NCBI GenBank assembly: GCA_964455745.1
Contig: CAYWBK010000002.1
Location: 1-46,875, forward strand
Direction: 5' to 3'
Length of the DNA: 46,875 nt
Source: an uncultured Armatimonadia bacterium
Lineage (GTDB): Bacteria > Armatimonadota > Zipacnadia > Zipacnadales > CAYWBK01
In this document: positions 9,348 through 15,982 of the stretch, piece by piece
Position numbering within the stretch: position 1 is the first letter of the stretch
Layout: each line of letters opens with the position of its first letter
Position numbers and translations under genes: made by a program
The notes under the pieces: generated by a model
The model's input: the letters and a program-made list of their open reading frames with translations, nothing else
What the model was told of the DNA's origin: nothing
Database searches by the model: none

Positions 9348-10328
9348 GTGGGTTGGCAGATCGAATGGACAGAGCCGCTCGTGATCCGGTTACCCGAAGC
9401 CCTCACGCGGCAGGAAGAGGACCGGTTCTGGGAGAGCGTCCTGCTCGCCACTTCCCGCGAGACACCGCGGGAGGACGTCACCGTGGACATGTCCCAAGTC
9501 CGGTACATGACCATGGAGCAGTGCCTTCTTCTCGTCAAAGTATTCCGCCGGTTGCGGAGCCTCGACGTTCGCCTCAGCGTTACGTGGCCACGGAGCGATC
9601 CCGTGCTGCGTACCATGCACCGGTGGGGCGTCCCGGGCGTAATAGAGCAGGCGGCTGGCCCAGACCTCGCGGCGACGTTCCCGACTGAGTATGCAGCCCG
9701 CCTGTACTCCAGGCGGACGATTCCCGACGTCAGCGGACAGGAGGTCCCGCTGATGGACAGGCACGTCAACACGATAGTCCATCTGGATCTCACACGCGGA
9801 TGGACACAACACGTCTTCAGCCCACTGGCGGTCGCTGCCGACTCGCTATGGTCATCGCCTGTTGGACGGCTATCCATCGGTACCACGGACCGGTTCAGTG
9901 ACCTGTCATTCATCGCTGTATGGGAGACACTTGCGAACATACACGACCACGGAGGAGCCTGGGGCTTGGTGGGGATAGGGTCAAGTGGCGTCGGGCCCCA
10001 CCGTGTTCTCTCCGTGAGCTTCATCGACGCAGGCAGCGGGATCGCGGCAACCCTTCGGGAAGCTGTGCCCGACTACGCCGAACTGGGCGATCGTGAGGCC
10101 CTCGCCCTTGCGATGCGGCCGGGCATCTCGAGGTACCCGGGCGAGGGTCGGGGCATGGGGCTCCATGAGGCCTCACAGCACACGCTCTCTGCAGGGGGGG
10201 GCATGCGGGTGAGGTCGGGACAGGCTGTGCTGAGTGTGGGCCGTCGGCATTCGGATGAGTACGTCCGCAACCAGGCGGATGTCGGTGGCACGCAGATCAC
10301 CTTTGAGTACCCGCTCCCCGAGCAGTGA
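9348..10328 (+). CDS. STAS-like domain fused to a GHKL (HATPase_c, RsbW-like) ATPase
   Basis: GTG 9348 is preceded by GAGGTG. The N-terminus (VIRLPEAL...VTVDMSQVRYMTMEQCLLLVKVFRRL) is STAS-like. The C-terminus has N-box ETLANIHDHG, G1 IDAGSGI and G2 GEGRGMGL. No HisKA/DHp region was seen. Confidence 0.5.
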   Translation: MGWQIEWTEPLVIRLPEALTRQEEDRFWESVLLATSRETPREDVTVDMSQVRYMTMEQCLLLVKVFRRLRSLDVRLSVTWPRSDPVLRTMHRWGVPGVIEQAAGPDLAATFPTEYAARLYSRRTIPDVSGQEVPLMDRHVNTIVHLDLTRGWTQHVFSPLAVAADSLWSSPVGRLSIGTTDRFSDLSFIAVWETLANIHDHGGAWGLVGIGSSGVGPHRVLSVSFIDAGSGIAATLREAVPDYAELGDREALALAMRPGISRYPGEGRGMGLHEASQHTLSAGGGMRVRSGQAVLSVGRRHSDEYVRNQADVGGTQITFEYPLPEQ

Positions 10329-10398
10329 GACGCCAACGCCTTCATACGTCCGGTGCCCGCGGCACAAGGGCGGACGCGTGAGTCCAGGGAGGTCGCCG

Positions 10399-11088
10399 AT
10401 GGCATGGTTGCAGGTGTACTGGAACAAGGAGAAGACCCAGACCCTCTATGGGCAGTTGTGTCCTGACGGCCCGGAGACCAGAACGCACAAGGACACATCA
10501 CGCCATGACCGCAGTCTCGGGGGCGAGGCAGGGGTCTCGGCTCCTGCGGCGTGGCTCAAAGCAATGCTGAGGGCGAACGTAGCAGAGGGGGAGTCAGTTG
10601 AGCAGACCACTGAGTTCAGGACGACAGACACCGACAGACTGGTCTGGGTGCTCGACCGCTGCTGGCAGAGCTTCGAGCCCCGCGTCCGAGAGCGGGCGTC
10701 TCTGGCTCCGGAATGCTGGCAACCCGGCGATTTCGTCCTCTTCGAGGGCAGGTTTGGCATCATACGGTTCGGACCGCAGCGGGGAGAGGGAGACTCGCTG
10801 GAGATGACCGATCCCCTCGGGCAGCCCGACTGGTGCGAATGGGAAGGCGTGATCGAGGAGGTGACCACTTGCTTCAGCACAACTCTCCACTGGGTGAACC
10901 CCACCCAACTGAGACATACGCTCGCCCTCGGCGAAAGGGAGGTCTGGGGACTGGCCCAAGTCGACGGGTGGAGCGTTGGTTGTGCTGTGCTGTTCCTGAA
11001 TCCCGTCGTCATTGGGGCTGGTCGCATCCCGATCCTGGAGCCGCACGGGGCAGAGGGCAGCGGACCGCCGGGACATCCCCTAAGATAG
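10399..11088 (+). CDS. Hypothetical protein, downstream partner of the STAS-GHKL gene
   Basis: ATG 10399 has GGGAGG 8 nt upstream and lies 70 nt after the preceding stop. I recognised no domain. The 3' end overlaps the convergent gene by 80 nt, so one of the two tails may be artefactual. Confidence 0.4.
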   Translation: MAWLQVYWNKEKTQTLYGQLCPDGPETRTHKDTSRHDRSLGGEAGVSAPAAWLKAMLRANVAEGESVEQTTEFRTTDTDRLVWVLDRCWQSFEPRVRERASLAPECWQPGDFVLFEGRFGIIRFGPQRGEGDSLEMTDPLGQPDWCEWEGVIEEVTTCFSTTLHWVNPTQLRHTLALGEREVWGLAQVDGWSVGCAVLFLNPVVIGAGRIPILEPHGAEGSGPPGHPLR

Positions 11089-11701
11089 CTGGCAGGCAAC
11101 CACCATCGAGGGCCACCCCCGTCTCGTACCCGGCCCACACGTCGTCGAACCAGATCCTCGGTACGCCGACTCTCGCCGCCGCCTCGCTCAGATCGTCCTG
11201 GATGCGGTAGAAGACCCGGGCGGAGTCCAGGTGCTTGATGGCGTGGATCCCGTTCGGATACCCCAACTGCGACAGTCGGTTGAGAGCGATCCGGTCCAGC
11301 GGCGTGTACAACCAAGGGGCGATCCGTTCGGCATCCGTGTCGCTGAAGCACCGACTGCTCATCACCAACTCTCTCAGGAAGAGCGTCAGGATCTTCGTGC
11401 CGTGGCCCCACTTGCAGCCCGGATGGACCCGGGGGCTGTCGGCGTTGCGGATGATGATGGCTGCCGACACACGTCGCAGAGCCCGCTCGAACCACCTGCG
11501 GAATCCCTCCTGCCCGACGAGAGTGGGCACCGTATCTACCCTCAGCCTCACCAGAACGGACAACACGTCGTGGTCCGCCCCAGGATCGAGGACCCGGATC
11601 ACCGACCCTCCCAGGACGAGCCTCGCCGCACGCCGGACGAGCGTGCGGCGGTGGCAGGCCTCGAGCCTACGGTACTCGTCGACCAGCGAATGGTAGATCA
11701 C
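11009..11701 (-). CDS. Hypothetical protein, translationally coupled to the upstream gene
   Basis: GTG start at 11701 overlaps the upstream TGA (GTGA). The translation looks protein-like (KWGHGTKILTLFLRELV...PLDRIALNRL...IWFDDVW). Family not recognised. Confidence 0.45.
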   Translation of the reverse strand: MIYHSLVDEYRRLEACHRRTLVRRAARLVLGGSVIRVLDPGADHDVLSVLVRLRVDTVPTLVGQEGFRRWFERALRRVSAAIIIRNADSPRVHPGCKWGHGTKILTLFLRELVMSSRCFSDTDAERIAPWLYTPLDRIALNRLSQLGYPNGIHAIKHLDSARVFYRIQDDLSEAAARVGVPRIWFDDVWAGYETGVALDGGCLPAILGDVPAVRCPLPRAAPGSGCDQPQ

Positions 11702-12323
11702 CGTTCCGCCTCCCTCTCCACGTCGTCGTCCACCCACACCATGTCCGGCTTCCGCCCCTGCACCCGGTAGGGCTTCCCAGCCAGGTATCGAGGGCAGTCC
11801 CTGGGGCCGTAGCAGTGGGTCTCGAAACGCCACAGCTTGTTGGGGGATCCCACTGGTCGATGGTGATCTCCGTCGGCATCGCCAGCCCGAACGGGCAGCA
11901 CCCGCACTTCGCAGCGTGGGTGCCCGCATCCAGTCGCCGATGGCCTCGGGCACGATATTCCGGCAGGGGCGGAGCGATGCCGCCATCCGGGTTGGCCGCT
12001 GCCGCCTGCTCCGCCGGGCCCCTGGCCAGGATCCTGAGGCCGCTGACCTTGTAGTGCGTTCCCCACTCGGTCTCCGCGTCGGCGACCGCCACCGCCATGC
12101 CCGATACGCGATCGCCGATGCGGAACTGGTGCGTCTCGTGGGCTTTGGGACCGACGGCGATCCGCAGTTCCTCGACCGGCTGCCCGTCCAGCTCCCCGTC
12201 GAGGACGAGGACGTAGCCCAGGTAGGCGTGGCTGATCTGGTCGAAGGAACGCAGCAGCCGAATGCGTGCCTTCACGGCGGTGATGGTCCCGGTGAACGTC
12301 TGCTTGGTCTCCGTTCCTGCCAT
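11698..12323 (-). pseudogene. Cys-rich hypothetical protein with a frame break at a G5 run (or assembly indel)
   Basis: ORF 11667..12323 (MAGTETKQTFTGTITAVKARIRLL...) turns to junk after ...EITIDQWDPP. ORF 11698..12351 continues plausibly (NKLWRFETHCYGPRDCPRYLAGKPYRVQGRKPDMVWVDDD). The switch is at GGGGG 11842-11846, and adding one G would fuse the two. Confidence 0.45.
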
Positions 12324-12556
12324 CGCTCCTGATGCTCCACCCGGCGATCACGGTCGAGTGTCCGTGTGCCTCGCTCGCTACCGCACCACGGCCAGGGCCA
12401 CCCCCGCCATCAGCAGGACGATGACCGCGATCACGCAGCCGCAGCCTTCAGTCCACGGGTGGCTGCCGGGACACAGGTCCACCCTCTGGAGTGAACAGCC
12501 AGGGACCGCATTCCTGACGCGGCTTCGCAGCCGGTCTGTGCTTGCCGTCGCCGAGC

Positions 12557-12904
12557 TCACTTGCAGACTTCGTCCACCCACCATTGCACCAGCTCGTCAT
12601 TCTCTAGGCCAGACGGTTCGCGTCGCTTGAGATCAGGTCGGGCCCGCTCGAGAGCGAGCAGACACTCGGTGGGCTGATCCAGCTTCCTGATGCTGGCTTT
12701 CAGCTTGTTGCCGTGCTCCGGGAGGAGCTTGTGGTCTCTTGCCAGTTTGTGGATCTCGACGGGGCTCCACAACCTGCTCAAGTGCAGCAACTCGTCGGTG
12801 ACCTTGTCCGGCTTCTCCTCCCACCCAAGGCCGAACACCTCGTTCGCCCACCGGCGGTCTTCGTTCGCCTCTTCCCCCAACTCGACCGGGAAGTCTCCGG
12901 TCAT
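12557..12904 (-). CDS. Small hypothetical protein (last gene of the Mrr2/PRTase-like cluster)
   Basis: ATG at 12904 (MTGDFPVELGEE...) has GAGG 6 nt upstream. The ORF-track start at 12928 is a TTG. No recognisable domain. Confidence 0.4.
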   Translation of the reverse strand: MTGDFPVELGEEANEDRRWANEVFGLGWEEKPDKVTDELLHLSRLWSPVEIHKLARDHKLLPEHGNKLKASIRKLDQPTECLLALERARPDLKRREPSGLENDELVQWWVDEVCK

Positions 12905-12960
12905 CTGTCGCCTCAGCGTTTGGAACAACTCATCCCCATCCGGAAGTGCGAGCAGGTTGA

Positions 12961-13859
12961 TCAGGCGGTCGCCGATCGCGGCCCTCCTAGATATGAATCC
13001 ATACCGTCGTCCCGCGTCAGGATGATCGCTCCGAGTTGACCAGTCGTCTCGACTCCGAGGTCCTTGTGTGAGGACCTCACGCCCATGAATTCAGCATTGT
13101 CCTCAGTGGGAACGCACGAGTAGGGCCAGTACGAGAGGCGGAGGCGGTGTCCCACCGAGGACATTGGCAAGTCTATCCAATCGAAGGCGGCCACCACTTC
13201 CGGCCCGACATACGCTGAGGGCTTCTGTAACCACACGGGGTCCAGCGAGCTGTCTAGCTCAAGTTTCGTGCTGTCGGCCTCCTGCTCCAGGGCTTCGGCG
13301 TGGTTCACGATCACCGCGACCTTGGATTCCACCTGACCGTGCTCTCCCGTCACGGCCTCGTCCAGTCTGCCGAGCAGGCCGTTTGCCCCACTGCCGCTGT
13401 TGGCCGTGTCGAATGACAGTATCTTCGTCGGCGATTTCCTTGGCAAGTGCCCTCGCACCGCATCCATGAGCGTGCGTAGCTCTGAGACGAAGTACTCACC
13501 TGAGGAAGCTCCGCCGATGTGACCATCCCAGGCCAGTCCTGCGAACATGTGAAACCGTCCATCGATCAGGCCCTCGATCTTTTCCTGTGCCAGCACTCTC
13601 ATCAGAGGGAAGGCATACGGGATGCCCCGGTCGCGAAGAACAGAACCAGGTCAGGCTTCCACGCCGTGGCTAGTGCTGCAAGCCCTTGGATGCACTCCCT
13701 CATCTCAACGAAAGCACGCCAGGAAATCCTCTGCTCGTCCCTGGCCTCTGAGACATATGTGGCAGGGATAATGAGCGATAGCCGGTTGGCCTCTGGATGA
13801 GCCTTGTACATGGATGGATTGCTCTTGCTGAGGGGCTTCGGGGCAGATGGTGGTGGCAT
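12961..13859 (-). pseudogene. Phosphoribosyltransferase (type I PRTase)-like protein, split by a frame break in a C4 run (or assembly indel)
   Basis: The upstream ORF ends ...ISWRAFVEMRECIQGLAALATAWKPDLVLFFATG. The downstream frame reads GIPYAFPLMRVLAQ... One extra C in CCCC 13625-13628 gives ATGGIPYAF, the PRTase GG-loop. A PRPP-loop-like KILSFDTANSGSGANG lies further on. ATG 13859 has GGAAGGA upstream. Confidence 0.45.
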
Positions 13860-13947
13860 CGTTAGCGTCCTTCCTTGCCGCACGGGCGGAAAGCCACGGC
13901 CAGGACCCGGCGGACTGCCCGAACCCCTCGCTGGGGAATCATCGGCG

Positions 13948-13986
13948 GCCTCGGCGGGCAGCAGGTGCGGGCCCGAGCAGGTCGAG
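13948..13986 (-). repeat. Copy A of a ~40-70 nt repeat (CTCGGCGGGCAGCAGGTGCGGGCCCGAGCAGGTCG)
   Basis: Near-identical to 18471-18497 and similar to 15236-15273. It sits directly 3' of the Mrr2 stop. Confidence 0.7.
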
Positions 13987-14008
13987 TGTAGCCATCTCCC
14001 GACCGCGA

Positions 14009-15004
14009 TCACTCACGGTACCCACTGAGAAGGTCTCTGAAGTCGTTGAAGTCCTTCAGGCTGAGCCTTATCCCCACGGAACGCTGCCCCCACTCGCATG
14101 CTTCCTTCGTGAAGGAGGAGGTCGTCGCAAGCATGGCTCTGTCCGCTCCCATCCCGCTCGCCGCACCTTCGAGCCTCTGCACGATCCCAAGCCCGACACG
14201 GTTGCTGCGACGGTATCTCTTGCACTCGACCACGAGCAGCACATCGCTGGCCCAGTCGGTCTTGGTGGCGATGATGTCGATTCCGCCGTCCTTGCTCATC
14301 CTCGTGAGGTCGACATCGTAGCCCATGTCGGCCAACAGCCATGCAACGACTTCCTCGTATAGCCTGGGCCGCAACTCGTACATGTACTCGGGATGCGTGG
14401 CCAGGTACCGAATGAGTTCGTCATTGACCTCGCCCAGCTCAAGGCGGAGTGCAGGAGAGATCACATTCCGTGCGTAGATCGTCTCACGTGTGTGGTCAAG
14501 TGCCAGCCGCACCTTCGAGCGGAACGACCTCGAATCGAAAGGTATCGAGAACCAGTATGTGCCTGGCCGCAGCGACAAGCTAGGAGGGGCAGCGTCTAGC
14601 ATTGACGTGACGAAGATGCACGGCCTGCGGTCTGTATGCTGCTCGAGGTACCGGCGGTAGAGGCGAAGGCCGGGGTACCACCTTTCCTCCTCTGTGCTGT
14701 CCCGCAGGGATCCGTCCGGGTCTACCTCGTCGCCCATCCGCGTGCTATGGAATACCAGCTCCGTGATCACCAGGGCGATCTCTCTATCGTGCTGTCTGAG
14801 GAGATGCACCGCCTCCGCATACGTTTCCGCGACCCTGTGATCGTAGCCGTCCACGTCGAACACCGTGGCCATCACTTCGATGATCTCCGGGATATCGATG
14901 ACCAGGAGGATCAGTGGTCGCTTATCCAGAATGGCCTCCATCGAGTGTGCTCTCCTTGCCCAGGCCGCCATCACGACGCGAGGGCGACCAATGTTCGGGG
15001 GCAC
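14009..15004 (-). CDS. Degenerate receiver-like domain fused to an Mrr-type endonuclease domain (paralog of 6316..7347)
   Basis: Alignable by eye to 6316..7347 along its length (ELRPR, LLADMGYDV, VVECKRY, LATTSSFT). The receiver positions are changed: VIDIPE, VITELVF, FVTSM, and no Lys at the K position. Confidence 0.6.
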   Translation of the reverse strand: MPPNIGRPRVVMAAWARRAHSMEAILDKRPLILLVIDIPEIIEVMATVFDVDGYDHRVAETYAEAVHLLRQHDREIALVITELVFHSTRMGDEVDPDGSLRDSTEEERWYPGLRLYRRYLEQHTDRRPCIFVTSMLDAAPPSLSLRPGTYWFSIPFDSRSFRSKVRLALDHTRETIYARNVISPALRLELGEVNDELIRYLATHPEYMYELRPRLYEEVVAWLLADMGYDVDLTRMSKDGGIDIIATKTDWASDVLLVVECKRYRRSNRVGLGIVQRLEGAASGMGADRAMLATTSSFTKEACEWGQRSVGIRLSLKDFNDFRDLLSGYRE

Positions 15005-15118
15005 CCGCGGTAGCGTGCACTTCCGCCAGAGCCCCGAAACGCCCGGCGGGTCGCTGTCCGCCCGCCACCCCGGAGATCCGTGCCCTTTGTGACCCCGGGG
15101 CTGACCACCGGGCCAACG

Positions 15119-15847
15119 TCACTCGCCTCCTCCGAAGAAGCTACCGACGAAGGAGGTGCCCTCGCTCGCCGACGGTCCGGCGGACACCCCGCCTCCACAT
15201 CCCCCCGGCAACTCCCGCTCAGCAAGTCGATGCCTGGCTCGGCGGCGAGCATCTGCGGGCCCGAGCAGGTCGGGCCCTCCCCACGGGTCGAGGATGTCCG
15301 CCAGCTCCCTCTCGCTCAGGCCGTGCGGATCGAGGATGTAGCGGAGTTGCTTGCGGGTCAGGCCGGACAGCCGGGCGTACCACGCGTTCAGCTCCGCCCG
15401 AAGGGCTGCAGGGGGCAGCTTCCCGGCAGTGCTCCGCCTGGTCGAAGTATCTGTAGACCCCGGGTGGATCCCCCTCGCACTTCAGCGACCGGCATACCCG
15501 GCAGCGGACGGGCGTGCTGAACCGGAGCCGTCCGCCGCACCGACACGGGCCACACCGTTCCTCGAGGGCTGTCTCGTGTTCATCTCCCTCTACCGGACCA
15601 TCGGACCATCGGGGCATCTGGACTCGGTGCAGCGGCAACTCGCCGCTTCGGTCAGGCCCGTCTCGATATGCCATGCCTTCGGATGACGCAGGTGGAAGTC
15701 GTCGACCTCATCGTGGGTCACCCACCTGTCTCGCCCGCAGTTGTCGCAGTGCAGTACCTGAGCGTTGAAGCTATCGCCCCTGCGGCGATCGAGCTCGCTC
15801 CGGCAGTCCCCGCAGGTCGACCTCAATATGACACCCACAGCCATCAC
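15119..15847 (-). pseudogene. Double zinc-ribbon protein disrupted by an 8-bp tandem duplication and a G5-run frameshift
   Basis: Frame a: MMAVGVILRSTCGDCRS...HCDNCGRD...SRCPDGP. Removing one GGACCATC copy (15595-15610) joins it to VEGDEHETALEERCGPCRCGG...RCRVCRS...YRYFDQAEHCRE. Removing one G from GGGGG 15411-15415 joins that to PAALRAELNAWYARLSGLTRKQLRYILDPHGLSERELADILDP..., with a stop at 15119. Confidence 0.45.
15212..15273 (-). repeat. Copy B of the ~40-70 nt repeat (inside the zinc-ribbon pseudogene 3' region)
   Basis: CTCCCGCTCAGCAAGTCGATGCCTGGCTCGGCGGCGAGCATCTGCGGGCCCGAGCAGGTCG aligns with 18448-18505 and 13948-13986. Confidence 0.65.
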
Positions 15848-15982
15848 GTCTCCTCAGAGTGCCGCCTCGTCCTCCCCGACGGGATCCAGCGTCTGATCCG
15901 AGCCTCACCCAACCCCTCATCCTCCTTACCCTTCAGCCCCCGGCAGCTCTCGCCCCGCGGAGTCGAGGGCGGACGCGGCAGC

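Noticed and set aside
12378-12584. 68-aa ORF ending in a hydrophobic stretch (possible small membrane peptide)
   Set aside because: There is no convincing RBS or start, and most of the translation is low-complexity. The evidence is insufficient.
15119-15450. Remnant of a Type IIG/BREX-type methyltransferase C-terminus (AELNAWYARLSGLTRKQLRYILD resembles the common ...YGLT.EE..YI tail)
   Set aside because: After repairing two frame breaks the segment joins seamlessly to the upstream double zinc-ribbon ORF. It is better explained as that gene's own C-terminal region, and the resemblance to MTase tails is too short to rely on.
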